A stretch of DNA of 64,000 nucleotides from a virus (taxonomy: Duplodnaviria; Caudoviricetes), in IMG/VR virus record IMGVR_UViG_3300032373_001170, positions 1-64,000 of that record, one strand, 5' to 3'. A program made the position numbers and the translations under genes. Positions 44,401-54,164 of the stretch are shown piece after piece. The notes below the pieces were generated by a model that worked only from the letters and a program-made list of their open reading frames with translations, made no database searches and had not been told where the DNA came from. Every line of letters starts with the position of its first letter. The first letter of the stretch is position 1.

Positions 44401-47295
44401 TTAGGTCAGGCAGGAGATAAGCGAACCAAAAAAATCCGTGAGTCGTACAATCAAGCCATGGCTAAACGTGAGTTTAGTGATAGGACAGATGCGATATATT
44501 ACGATGATCTCGGTATTGATATGTTGATCATGGATGAAATGCACGCCTACAAGAATCTATTTGCGGCAAGAAGTCGATTTGGTGAGACTCCAAAATTTTT
44601 AGGTGGATCCGGATTATCGAACCAAGCATTAGATTTTTACTATAAATCGAGATTACTCAGAGAGAATAATAACGGCCTTGGTGTCTATGGCTTAACTGCC
44701 ACGCCAACTAAAAATAGCCCGCTTGAAATTTATTCAATGATTTCTCATATTGCGCCTGAAGAGTTTACTAAGATTGGTATCAAAAACTCTGAAGACTTCC
44801 TTGATCGTTTTTGCGACTTTAAACTTGAAAGTATTCTATCGACATCAGGGGATATCGAAGAATGCTCGGCGGTTTCGGGGTTTAAAAATATGGATGAGCT
44901 TAGAGAAATAATCAAACGCCATATTGATCGCAGGACGGCTGATCAGGTTGGGTTGAGGCTCCCTGAGCGCAAAGATATTACGCACATGATCGATATGTCT
45001 CCAGAGCAAGAAGACGTCTATGCAGACCTTCGAGTGCGCGCAGCTGAGTCGCATGGTAGCGATGATACCGGTGATGCTCATATATTCTCAATTATGAGCG
45101 ATATGTCAAAAGCTGCGATGGATTTGAATTTGTACGATTCGGAAAAATATAAAAAATCGGCTAGTCCCAAATATAAGGAGGCAGCGAAGCATATATCGGA
45201 GGGCGCGAAAAACGGCGGTCAGGTTGTATTCCTTAATTTTGTAGACGCTCACGAGAAGCTGACAGATGAGCTAGTGAAAAATGGAATGAAGCGTTCAGAA
45301 ATAGGAATTATCAACGCGAAATCCGCAAAGTCATCATCTCAACGGCAAAATATTGCAAACAAATTTAACGCTGGTGTGCTGAAAGTTGTGATAGGCAACG
45401 ATGCCACTATGGGCGAGGGTGTTAATCTCCAAAAGAACACTACTGATCTGCATCACATGGATTTACCGTGGGAACCTGCGGCAATGCAGCAGCGCGATGG
45501 AAGGGGGTTGCGTCAAGGCAATAAGTCAGAGGGAATTCGAATTCATTCTTACTTGGCCAAAGGTTCTTTTGATGGTTATCGGTATCAAACAATCCGCTCT
45601 AAGAAAGATTGGCAGGACTCACTGTGGAATGGCGGTAATAAGCTTGAAAATCTAGCGAGGGAAGGGTCTTTTAGTCGCGACGATATGTTAATCATGTTAT
45701 CAGCAGATCCGGAAGAGGCTAGAAAACAGTTTGAAAGCAATAAAGCAGCTGCGCAAGAACGATTAGCTGCGGTTAAGAGAGGTGAGTCTTCTGCGTTATT
45801 TGTTAAATTTCAAGAAATGAAAAATAGCTTTTCTCAGTTGAGAAATCGCAGCTCCAAATCTGCAATGAGACTAGAGATGAGCATTAACAAAGCAAGAGAT
45901 CGCTTGAGTAAAGATAAATATTTCGATTCAAAATCGGCTCTAGATAAAAAAGGGCCAGTGCTTATGCAGCCGCAAACCGGCGATGTATTTCATGCCGGGG
46001 TTGGATTTGAAATGTCGGGTGGCAAGGATCAACCAATGAACTGGTCATCTAGCAAATCAAGGTGGGTTGTAACCGACGTATCATTGAAGCATAAGCAAAT
46101 TACTGCTAGGGAGTATGGTAAACCAGAAAGTCGGACGCATAAGTTCGATCTTGAAAAAATGGGGAAAGGTACTAAGTCTTTTAAGTATGATTATAAAGAA
46201 GAAGAGAAAGATATAGGTAAGTTGGCGGTTTCGTCAACGGTAAAAGGTGCCGTTCAAGGTGGAATTAAACGATGGTCTAAGAATATTGACGGTCATACTG
46301 ATACCGCATTGCCTCAGAAAATGATTGATGCTGCAACAAATGCAATTCAGAAAAATTCAGCGAACGATTCTTGGCATATGAATACACAACTATCCGCAGC
46401 TATGCATGTTGCGATCAGGGATTCGCTTGATTCTGTAGCGCCTGAAAATATGCATTCTGAGACGACTGAAGCTATTGCTGATACGATATTCAAAACCGTA
46501 AAGTTTGCCAGCCAGGGTGTTGATATAAATAAAATCAAGTCGCCAGTAGACTTGGCTAGCGCTAAGCCCGGTTTTATTGAGCATAATAAGGCAGCATTGC
46601 AAGCCCATCTTAAATCTAAGGTGCTTGATTATTCCGATGGGACTAGTGGTCCTTATGCGTTTATCGACAGGGATGGTGAGGCGCTTGCCACTCCAAGTTA
46701 CGATGGAGGGAAGAAAGTTAACGAATTTGATTTAATGCTCCCTACCAAAGACAACCACTCCAAGGCCATTCGCGCTTGGGCAAACGAAGAAAAAACCAGG
46801 GAAATAGCAACCATATACGGTAATGGAAGACGTGGTTCTGACAGAGCGGAAATTGTTTATCCTAAGTGGCGATTTGGGCCACATAAACGTAATCCGTGGG
46901 CCAGTATCGGCCCCGAGTTGTTTGGTGAATCGTTTGTTGGTGAGGCTAGGGAGCATTTGAAAAAAGATATTGAGCATGAAGCTAAATATCTAGCGAAAGA
47001 TTTTGTTCGAACATACAAAACATATAGGCCTCTCGTTGAAATGAAAGGGGGGCGGGCGCACTGGCCGGAAAAAGCAATCAATGCTATGTGGGAGAAAGCG
47101 AAAACAGCGGGAGAGCTGGATACTAAGGTCAGCGATTTGATTGGTGGCTCTGCAGATTATGAGTATTTCAAGCATTTTACGAATTTGCCAGTTGGAAATA
47201 TGTTGCAGCAGCTATCAAGAGTTAATAGCCATGAAGATCTTGAGAAAAAGTTACAGAAGGAAAATGAAAAGAGAGAAGCATCCGCTGTATCATAA
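41416..47295 (+). CDS. DarB-like N6-adenine methyltransferase-SNF2 helicase fusion
   Basis: 1959 aa; EFYT, VLEPSCGTG, GVELD, VIGNVPF; helicase DDVGLGKT, MDEMH, TATP, QRDGRGLRQG. Confidence 0.88.
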   Translation: MKLLVLVKSLANQLGLFDSSVEIDGYTRKDGVYVKPHRSTRKKKTGKPTNNKIPYTPDLFADSSPSVTQKTKAPAKYETADMFGGDSIPVVFNSPVKREDLIAAADRENEKTVTDVKPKKAKKKAISANEKELTNAPDQGSVNQSDDFAFGVPEGVTKGERVKLNNTALELLSSKEGDFTTEEREVLSKYSGQGGVGDSLNEFYTRQDVADAMWSVLRNNGFHGGDVLEPSCGTGMFLHTAPDDTKVIGVELDTASAQIAKAIHPGHEVSQGSLEMFATQDVRQFDAVIGNVPFGIRGGLIKDDKPYLSTAEQYFVDTSIDKAKEHGLVALIVPTGIMDGKNNRSFRERVLRKAEFVSAYRLPNTAFAHSHTEVTSDIVIFRKRPQDVGGALSVVDQHSMKELGVWNSEFLAGNYFSNKGLDNVFGKPEAGWRAKAGMGNDFTVVGSMDGVADSIAGMGDGNSTSDLTVQKILENLDDETKARALNATRKPVYEVAELGDVKVIDGITYVLQGEPPRWHRANEEEISSAVTEASEVSLQLDAMFADDESGRDFNRESTIKLLDDYVSQHGIPSKNKDLQLAAKNDKQLYRLIGAVNEDGSYSDMVTGSTSSSEDSDFDNVATRLIIQKGIFSAEEIATAWSGGDKELSLDHLFSSDLYAVDSNGKNWTSMDEYLSGDLWVKYDAMTQALEREGIASHYLDKYKKQLNALEEAIAPKLLEDVECQINSGWIPLAVIEQWYNESYVQPRIDNAGATGWKPDYIKLSYESGLYTVEGGLYDSDLITKYLNRTGVRKDDLSDVEELNLSFKDWLLSSESRDEIEDLYNRKFRGYRAKQYSDAPMNIPGMNPALDVNAYHFSGLRWALDAGKGIVADDVGLGKTARGLMLAKLSKVNGTAKKPTIVVPKSVLANWKEEIDFWFPGSKVLIVGETYSTDKDGNQKSVTDNKQARDRKLHELSQNEYDFVLISRPAFNNIDIDPITKGEYLNDDFWVQRSDALGQAGDKRTKKIRESYNQAMAKREFSDRTDAIYYDDLGIDMLIMDEMHAYKNLFAARSRFGETPKFLGGSGLSNQALDFYYKSRLLRENNNGLGVYGLTATPTKNSPLEIYSMISHIAPEEFTKIGIKNSEDFLDRFCDFKLESILSTSGDIEECSAVSGFKNMDELREIIKRHIDRRTADQVGLRLPERKDITHMIDMSPEQEDVYADLRVRAAESHGSDDTGDAHIFSIMSDMSKAAMDLNLYDSEKYKKSASPKYKEAAKHISEGAKNGGQVVFLNFVDAHEKLTDELVKNGMKRSEIGIINAKSAKSSSQRQNIANKFNAGVLKVVIGNDATMGEGVNLQKNTTDLHHMDLPWEPAAMQQRDGRGLRQGNKSEGIRIHSYLAKGSFDGYRYQTIRSKKDWQDSLWNGGNKLENLAREGSFSRDDMLIMLSADPEEARKQFESNKAAAQERLAAVKRGESSALFVKFQEMKNSFSQLRNRSSKSAMRLEMSINKARDRLSKDKYFDSKSALDKKGPVLMQPQTGDVFHAGVGFEMSGGKDQPMNWSSSKSRWVVTDVSLKHKQITAREYGKPESRTHKFDLEKMGKGTKSFKYDYKEEEKDIGKLAVSSTVKGAVQGGIKRWSKNIDGHTDTALPQKMIDAATNAIQKNSANDSWHMNTQLSAAMHVAIRDSLDSVAPENMHSETTEAIADTIFKTVKFASQGVDINKIKSPVDLASAKPGFIEHNKAALQAHLKSKVLDYSDGTSGPYAFIDRDGEALATPSYDGGKKVNEFDLMLPTKDNHSKAIRAWANEEKTREIATIYGNGRRGSDRAEIVYPKWRFGPHKRNPWASIGPELFGESFVGEAREHLKKDIEHEAKYLAKDFVRTYKTYRPLVEMKGGRAHWPEKAINAMWEKAKTAGELDTKVSDLIGGSADYEYFKHFTNLPVGNMLQQLSRVNSHEDLEKKLQKENEKREASAVS

Positions 47296-47307
47296 ATAGA
47301 GAGAGTA

Positions 47308-47634
47308 ATGAATAAAAACGAATTAGATAAATGCTTGATTAGTATATTACAAATATTGCAAGCAAAGCCATTAGCCTACCGATCATTCGGTATTTACTGG
47401 TGGCCAATTAAAGCAATTCTGAAGCAGAAATATACAAAAGAGAATTTGTATCTGCTTGGTGACTATGTGGATCCAGATGGTGTGGAAAGAGTGCCGGATG
47501 TCGGGGTGTCTGAAATGATTAAACAGGCCTTCTCAGAATTTCAAATGAATACTTCCTTTGGTTTTGACGGTAATCAAGTTACCGACACCGAAGGTGAACC
47601 GTACACTATATTTGATCAGGATGCGGATATCTGA
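47308..47634 (+). CDS. Hypothetical protein
   Basis: 108 aa directly after the DarB-like gene. Confidence 0.7.
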   Translation: MNKNELDKCLISILQILQAKPLAYRSFGIYWWPIKAILKQKYTKENLYLLGDYVDPDGVERVPDVGVSEMIKQAFSEFQMNTSFGFDGNQVTDTEGEPYTIFDQDADI

Positions 47635-47715
47635 ACACCTAGCCGAAAAGGATCAATGGTTTTTGAAGTGTAGCCGGTGACGCAGGTCGTTACCATAGGC
47701 TATCTTCAGGTGATT

Positions 47716-47731
47716 GTCGTGAATGTAATAT
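47716..47731 (+). promoter_or_regulatory. Putative late promoter
   Basis: GTCGTGA-ATG-TAATAT; a variant GTCGTTA-CCA-TAGGCT lies at 47686-47701. Confidence 0.72.
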
Positions 47732-47737
47732 TTCGAC

Positions 47738-50700
47738 ATGAGCCTACTCAATAAAGCTATTTTATTCATCAAATCTATCCCTTCAGGTGCTCGCTGGATT
47801 ACTGTACACCCACATAAAGACGGTAAAGGTCAACCTCTGCTCATCCAAGAAGAAAGAAACGGGACTGCTCGTGTTATTGGTGGGGCCGGAGGTAAGCTTA
47901 ACTATCTGAAACTAAAAGGCGTTAAGTCCGAGGCGGAGTATAAAAAGCAATCAGCCGATAAAGCAAAAGCCAAAACTGCAGAAAAAAAAGCTCAACGAAA
48001 ACGAGACAAAGATCTAGGCGTATACGAGGCAAAGAAGCAAGCAAAAGAGAATGTTTCTAGTCAACGCATAGCGCATGAAAAAGAATATATAAAAACAGTT
48101 TCTAGCGCTATGGGCTGGGATGACAAGGAGACTGAGTTTCCAGAAGAGCTTTATGAGAATGTATCAGAAAATGCGCGCACCAAAGCAAAAGAAAAGCATC
48201 ATCGTCAGCTCTTATCGAAAGCTAACGAAGCGGTTGAGGTTCAACGGCGACAGCTTGTCGTTGATGCTGATGCACGAACGCAAGCCGATATCGGGGAAAT
48301 ACCCCTAGACTCCGATGATAGCAATGTATTATCGGTCGATGATATTGACCCTATTCACATTCCGGCAGGATTAGGTTATACGGCGAATTACAGTAAACGC
48401 GCAGAACAGAAAGGCCTGACAAAAGACCAGTTGAGTGATGAGCTGCGTTCGCTGCGAAAGGATGGCGAAAGTAAAGCGAATTCCTCAACCAATAAAGCGA
48501 GGCAGATAGCTGATGAATTGAAAAATATTAGGGATGAGTCAGTTTCAGGTATTCATGCAGGAATCGCCGATCCAGCGGAAGCGGTCAAACTTATCAAGGC
48601 GCAGAAAGCACTTAAAGAAATTCAGAAAAAAGCGCGGCAAGCGAACACAGATATCGATTCATCAATTGAACCTAAAGCGTATGTTTTATCTGTTTCGAAT
48701 AATGAGATCAATATTGATTCTGATCTTGAGAATGATTTAAGAACGTTAAAAACAAGAGCTTTTCTTTCCGAGGTCGGAAAGATCGATGATTACGAAAAGT
48801 CACTTGGTAAACATTTAGGCGTTGGTTCGTATAACGCAATCAATTCATTCTCCCTGACTGCGACTGGATCCGCCTTAATTGATCGTGATGTCGTCGATGT
48901 GCTTGGCGTTGCTGGCGCGTCACAAGTCGTTATTCGTCGATTAACGAAAGACATGACCGATGATGAAATGTCGAATATTAAACAGGCGCTTGAGCAATTT
49001 CATAAAGATCATTATATACCCATGACTGACAGTGCGTTGAAGCGAACGCAGGAATTGCATGATGTCGCCAAAGAGATTGAAATTAATTCCGCCATGGATG
49101 GCGCTGATCTATCGCAGATGATGACATTGAACGAGCAGCGTAAGAATGCAATCGCTGAGGCGCAAAAGATAATCGGTCAAACGCTTGGGGAAATGGAGAC
49201 AAATGCTGCGCTCATTATGGCATTAGGCCAAGGGAGAAAAGATCAAGTAGAAGTTTCCATGGGCAAAACATCAAATGAGCAAGCGATAAAACAAGCCAGG
49301 GCTATTGGGTTAGAGCGCGGTGATTACGTTATTGCCAAAGCTGGAGTAAATCGATTTTTGACGATAAGCGCTGATGGTATGGATCGATTAGCAAGCCCGG
49401 TAAACAGAGGCGACATTGAGCACCAGCGCAAAACGATGGATATCATCGAGGGGCGCAACGATGAAGATAACTGGCTGCCTGGAGGGATTGCAAATCGTCC
49501 TGATCTTTCTTTAAGTCTAATGCCTGGAGTTGCCGAAAAGCTTTCAAAGCCATTTAACGCTGATGGAAATGTTGAGCAGTCAATTAAGGACTACATTGGC
49601 GGCAGAACTGCTGATGGAGACAAGCCCGTCGATATCATTTCCGACCTGATGTCGCAAGATATGCCTCAGCATACAGTTGGTCGAGACTCTTATATTGCCG
49701 CTCTTAACAAGATCGCACCTTTAAAAGCTGATGACGGCTCAATGATCCGCGCAGAAAATCATGAGAAAGCATTTCAAAGCATGGCTGATGATTTTGTTCA
49801 GGCTCAATATGGTAGTAAAAGGCAACCAATACATCAACAGACTTTCGAAACTGATCACTTTGCAGTCGATGCGCTGCATCGGGCGTTATCACAAGAGCCG
49901 ATGGGTATCGCTGCTTATAAGCCAATTGGTGAGCTTGATAAAAAAGAGTGTCACCAATTAAGGAAATATTTTGCCAAACATATTGGTAAGCAAGATGAAA
50001 ACGTAAATCAGCTAAGAGAGAATTTAGCGCTGCATCTTGGCAAGCAGCCGGAAAAAGAAATCGAGGATATGTTCGGAACCGGGACAAATCCGGAGTATAC
50101 CGACTGGAAGTCAAAACGAGATTCGTTATCTGAGGATATCAATAGCGCAGAGCTAAACTGGCAAAAGTATTCAAAAATGATGGGCGGCCCTGAAAAGGCA
50201 TATGCAGCGATTCAGGATGTAGTTCGTTCTAGTGTTTCGAAATCATTTCAAGAAACCTATAACACGTTAAACCCGTCTTCACCGTTAAAATTAGGCAGAA
50301 CTGTAATCCGAGGCAATTTAAACCATCTGGACGCTGTCGATCGTGACGCCAGAGATAAGCGAGTAACCGAGCAGAGAGAACTGGTGGATTCTCTAAGGGA
50401 TAGAGTTCAGGGGCGTTATGCGTCAGGCGCAGTGTCTGACAAAATGGATGCCGCAAGGGAAAATATAGAGGCAATGTCTCAGTCTCAAATGGGTTTTTTC
50501 TCAACTCATGAAAGCGAACCTGAGAAAGAAGTGCCTTTAGCCAGAGACGAACGAAATACCCTCGGACATGCTGCTGAGTTAAAAATCGCAAGCATGATGC
50601 CTATTGTCGGGAAGAACTTCAAAGCTGATCAGCCTACGCAATTATGGCAAGCGAGCATGAATGGAAAGTATATTAATCAGCAGCGTGCGGTAAAGCTGAT

Positions 50701-52228
50701 TGAGCATAATAAAAGGCTTGTTCTTGCTCAGGGTGTCGGCTCAGGTAAATCGCTTATTGGTTTGGCGGGGTTTTCGCATTTGCACGAACAAGGTAAAGCG
50801 CATCGTGGGCTATTCATTGTTCCGTCAATCGTTCAAGGACAATTCAATGGTGAGGCGCTTCGTTATCTAGATCCGGGAAAATTCAAATGGCATGCGCAAC
50901 CTGGAGCGAGTCGAGAAGAGAGAATTCAAGGGTACAAGGATCCTGAAAATCATTTCTCTGTTGTTACTCATGCAGGATTTCGTGATGACATGCTTTATCT
51001 TGGAGCTAAGCAATCGGGCATTGAAAAAGAGGAAATGAGCAATCGAGTTAATAGCATGACTGACCCAGAGCGAAAAGCGTGGGCAAAGTCGGTGATGACT
51101 GCCGAAGGCATTGATTACGATTATCTCATGGTCGATGAAGGTCATGATTTACTTAATCGTGCAGGAAAACAAAATTCGAGGATGGCCAATGTCATTGATG
51201 GCGTTAGTGCAAACGCGTCATATTACGTTAGCGCAAGCGCTGATCCCGTTAAAAATGACGCATCTGAGGTCCATGATTTGCTAAGAAAAATGGACCCTGA
51301 GAAATATTCAGACAGAGATAAGTTTATGCGTCGTTATGGCGTTGATACTGTTTCGTCCAAGGAGGGGTTGCGGCGGGAAATGTCTCGTTATTTTTACCCT
51401 GGTCGTATCGAATCAGGAAAAAAGGCGCATAAGATAACAAAGACGTTACCTTTAAGCTCTGCACAAAAAGAATCTTTGGGCAGAATCGATAGAGCTGTGG
51501 CTCAGTCTCGAATTGAAAAAATTCGGGGTAATGTAGATGTTGATAGTATGAAGATATTATCTCCAGCTTCATTTGAAAATTCGGATGTTGGTCAGCACAA
51601 AGAAATCGCTGCAAAGCTTCAAGACAATGTTGGAATTATGCATTCTACGGCGGTCAGGCGAATTCTCGATTCTCATGCTGAAAATCCAAAAATGGATTAC
51701 GTGGATAAATTTGCCGAAGAAAGGCGCGGGAAACCTGGGGTCATATTTGCGCATTCACTTGATTCCGTTTCTCAGATCGAGAAGAGACTAAGAAAAAACG
51801 GGCATAAGGTAGTAACGCTTACCGGTAACGATTCATCTAGTGACAAAGAAAAGAAAAAGCAAGCGTTTAAGCCTGAGCATGATGGTGAGGCGGAAGCGGA
51901 TATTATAATTGCTTCTGATGCCGGGGCAACCGGCGCAAATTTGCAGCGCGGGCAATGGCTGGTTCAATACGATACACCGATGACCGCAAAAACACACGCG
52001 CAACGTCGAGGACGTATTGATCGTCTTGGACAAAAGAACGATGTTGAATTGGTTGACTTAGTATCTGATCATGCAACAGAACGAAAAAATCGTCGTCGCC
52101 TAACTAATAAATATCAGTTGCGTGAGGTGCTTACCTCTCCACTTGAAGGTTTAGATGATACTGGTTTTGCCGGCTACCTTCAAAAGTCAAAACTAAAGAA
52201 AGAGGGTAACGATGGAACAGCCCATTAA
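47738..52228 (+). CDS. Large SNF2/SF2 helicase-domain protein
   Basis: 1496 aa; AQGVGSGKS, MVDEGH, SASADP, GANLQ, QRRGRIDRLG; long uncharacterised N-terminal region. Confidence 0.88.
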   Translation: MSLLNKAILFIKSIPSGARWITVHPHKDGKGQPLLIQEERNGTARVIGGAGGKLNYLKLKGVKSEAEYKKQSADKAKAKTAEKKAQRKRDKDLGVYEAKKQAKENVSSQRIAHEKEYIKTVSSAMGWDDKETEFPEELYENVSENARTKAKEKHHRQLLSKANEAVEVQRRQLVVDADARTQADIGEIPLDSDDSNVLSVDDIDPIHIPAGLGYTANYSKRAEQKGLTKDQLSDELRSLRKDGESKANSSTNKARQIADELKNIRDESVSGIHAGIADPAEAVKLIKAQKALKEIQKKARQANTDIDSSIEPKAYVLSVSNNEINIDSDLENDLRTLKTRAFLSEVGKIDDYEKSLGKHLGVGSYNAINSFSLTATGSALIDRDVVDVLGVAGASQVVIRRLTKDMTDDEMSNIKQALEQFHKDHYIPMTDSALKRTQELHDVAKEIEINSAMDGADLSQMMTLNEQRKNAIAEAQKIIGQTLGEMETNAALIMALGQGRKDQVEVSMGKTSNEQAIKQARAIGLERGDYVIAKAGVNRFLTISADGMDRLASPVNRGDIEHQRKTMDIIEGRNDEDNWLPGGIANRPDLSLSLMPGVAEKLSKPFNADGNVEQSIKDYIGGRTADGDKPVDIISDLMSQDMPQHTVGRDSYIAALNKIAPLKADDGSMIRAENHEKAFQSMADDFVQAQYGSKRQPIHQQTFETDHFAVDALHRALSQEPMGIAAYKPIGELDKKECHQLRKYFAKHIGKQDENVNQLRENLALHLGKQPEKEIEDMFGTGTNPEYTDWKSKRDSLSEDINSAELNWQKYSKMMGGPEKAYAAIQDVVRSSVSKSFQETYNTLNPSSPLKLGRTVIRGNLNHLDAVDRDARDKRVTEQRELVDSLRDRVQGRYASGAVSDKMDAARENIEAMSQSQMGFFSTHESEPEKEVPLARDERNTLGHAAELKIASMMPIVGKNFKADQPTQLWQASMNGKYINQQRAVKLIEHNKRLVLAQGVGSGKSLIGLAGFSHLHEQGKAHRGLFIVPSIVQGQFNGEALRYLDPGKFKWHAQPGASREERIQGYKDPENHFSVVTHAGFRDDMLYLGAKQSGIEKEEMSNRVNSMTDPERKAWAKSVMTAEGIDYDYLMVDEGHDLLNRAGKQNSRMANVIDGVSANASYYVSASADPVKNDASEVHDLLRKMDPEKYSDRDKFMRRYGVDTVSSKEGLRREMSRYFYPGRIESGKKAHKITKTLPLSSAQKESLGRIDRAVAQSRIEKIRGNVDVDSMKILSPASFENSDVGQHKEIAAKLQDNVGIMHSTAVRRILDSHAENPKMDYVDKFAEERRGKPGVIFAHSLDSVSQIEKRLRKNGHKVVTLTGNDSSSDKEKKKQAFKPEHDGEAEADIIIASDAGATGANLQRGQWLVQYDTPMTAKTHAQRRGRIDRLGQKNDVELVDLVSDHATERKNRRRLTNKYQLREVLTSPLEGLDDTGFAGYLQKSKLKKEGNDGTAH

Positions 52229-52451
52229 TACACTAAAGCGCAGACTGATGGAGCTTTCCTCTTTAACGAGTAAATCTAATATAACGTCCGAAAAGATCAA
52301 GCAAGCTGCTGCTGATCGGCTAGACGTAGTAAATCAAAATATCAAAAAGCTGCGCCCCCGTGTCATTCAAGATGATGCCGCAGCTGAGCTGTACAAAAAA
52401 TATGTATACGAGCGTGGTCAGCTTTCTTTATTGATCGGAAAATCAAAATAA
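52212..52451 (+). CDS. Small hypothetical protein
   Basis: 79 aa overlapping the helicase stop; SD GAGG. Confidence 0.6.
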   Translation: MEQPINTLKRRLMELSSLTSKSNITSEKIKQAAADRLDVVNQNIKKLRPRVIQDDAAAELYKKYVYERGQLSLLIGKSK

Positions 52452-52509
52452 ATCCCCTGGAATACTCTTTTACTTTCTTTATACAGCGTTGTGTTTGCCG
52501 TAACTCGTA

Positions 52510-52525
52510 GTCGTGAAACTATATT
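52510..52525 (+). promoter_or_regulatory. Putative late promoter
   Basis: GTCGTGA-AAC-TATATT upstream of the head operon. Confidence 0.72.
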
Positions 52526-52598
52526 TATAACTCACAAAGTGAGGACCTTAGGGACGATTAAGCACTAAACAAAGCGCTTTCCGCCTCCTTTTTAATTT

Positions 52599-53471
52599 AT
52601 GCATTTATTTCAAGAACAAAAACATCTGTGTATTACGCAGATGCTTAAAGCTACACCAGCTGAAGAGTCTGGCAGGCGGTTTGTGTATATCGAAGCCTCC
52701 AATGAGGCGCTGGATATACAGAATGAAATTGTATTATCGAAGGCCTTAAAAGATTCTGCGGAATATTATCTAAAATATGGAAACATTGATTTAGATCATA
52801 TTACCCAGATAGGTGCGAAATCAAATATTAAAGATTATCACTTTTACGAGATAGGAAAACCTATTGACGTAAAAATTGATGGAACAAAAACGTTTGTTAA
52901 AGCAGAAATATATTCAGGTGAAGGGTCAAGTGTAGAACGTGCAAATAAATTCTGGGATTCACTAACAAATCAAACGCCTCCTCAGCGATGGTACCCAAGT
53001 ATTGGCGGCTCGATATTGCAAAAATCTGAGGATTTTGACGCCGAAGCCGGTGAAAAAAGAGTGTTAGTTACTGAAGTTCGTTGGACAAATATCGGATTCA
53101 GTAAAACGCCGGTTAACGCCAATGTTGCAGGTGTTGCAACCGTTCCCATTGGGGCGCTTGCTAAATCGTTTAGTGGTGCCGGGTTCGATATCGAAAAAGC
53201 GCTGGAAGCGGGTTACGGAACTGATTCGGCAAGTTTAACAGGCGGTGGTGCGTTACGGATTCAGTCACTACATAGAAAGCCAGTTAATTACTGGGATTTC
53301 AGAGAGTCTTTAGGCGCAGCTGTTGTTGATCGAATGATCAAAAATCCTGGTGCTGCAAGCATGATTGAATTTGCTGTTAACCAACTTAAATTAAACCGCG
53401 CAAAAGCATCCGAGTGGGTTGAGCGCTTTATGTCAGATGTGAAAGCGGACCTTAAAAGGAGAGCCAAATGA
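52599..53471 (+). CDS. Prohead protease
   Basis: YIEASNEALDIQNEIV, GNIDLDH, YPSIGG, IGFSKTPVN; position before scaffold and capsid; start 52599 or 52641. Confidence 0.75.
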   Translation: MHLFQEQKHLCITQMLKATPAEESGRRFVYIEASNEALDIQNEIVLSKALKDSAEYYLKYGNIDLDHITQIGAKSNIKDYHFYEIGKPIDVKIDGTKTFVKAEIYSGEGSSVERANKFWDSLTNQTPPQRWYPSIGGSILQKSEDFDAEAGEKRVLVTEVRWTNIGFSKTPVNANVAGVATVPIGALAKSFSGAGFDIEKALEAGYGTDSASLTGGGALRIQSLHRKPVNYWDFRESLGAAVVDRMIKNPGAASMIEFAVNQLKLNRAKASEWVERFMSDVKADLKRRAK

Positions 53472-54106
53472 GTTATAAAAAATTGCTTAATGAGTTGGAG
53501 ACGATGAGTAAATCATTGCCAGCAATCGAAGATGACAAAGACAAAGATAAAGACAAAGATGTGGATGATAAAAGTCTTCCTGATGGTGCGGCGGGTGATG
53601 AGCTTATTGTTGATAATGCGGGGGATGATACCGATGACGACGATCTCACTAAGTCAATGACTGTCGTGAAGCTCGATGACGGTTCCGAAGCTCAAGCATT
53701 TGATGGCGAGGAATTGATAAAGTCATTTAATTCTAAGCTAAACAAGCAAGCTGTCAGTGTCGGTGAGGTTTTCACTGCTCAAAACAAATTGATTAAAACA
53801 TTAGCTGATACAGTCACGTCACAGGCGGAGATGATGAAGTCAATGCAAGTGAGTATCGATGAAGTCGGCAATAGCGGCAAGGGGCGTAAAACGGTTGTCA
53901 ATCTACAAGAAAAGCCAGACTTAAATAAGAGCTTGGAAAACGGTAGTGAGCAACTAGGCATAAAGCCGCATGAATTCCATGGACTGCTGACTAAAGCGCT
54001 TAAAGCAAAAGTAATTACGCCGCACGAAGCAACAACAGCAGAAACGCTAATCAACAGCGGGAGAAACCCCTCAGAAGAAGTTGTAGCTAAAGTGATGGGG
54101 CAGTAA
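53468..54106 (+). CDS. Probable scaffolding protein
   Basis: Acidic and coiled; between protease and capsid; multiple (L/M/I)xKS motifs. Confidence 0.6.
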   Translation: MSYKKLLNELETMSKSLPAIEDDKDKDKDKDVDDKSLPDGAAGDELIVDNAGDDTDDDDLTKSMTVVKLDDGSEAQAFDGEELIKSFNSKLNKQAVSVGEVFTAQNKLIKTLADTVTSQAEMMKSMQVSIDEVGNSGKGRKTVVNLQEKPDLNKSLENGSEQLGIKPHEFHGLLTKALKAKVITPHEATTAETLINSGRNPSEEVVAKVMGQ

Positions 54107-54164
54107 TTCTTAAATATTTTTTAATATAACTGGTAGTAAAAAGCAACCATATAAGGGGCACATA

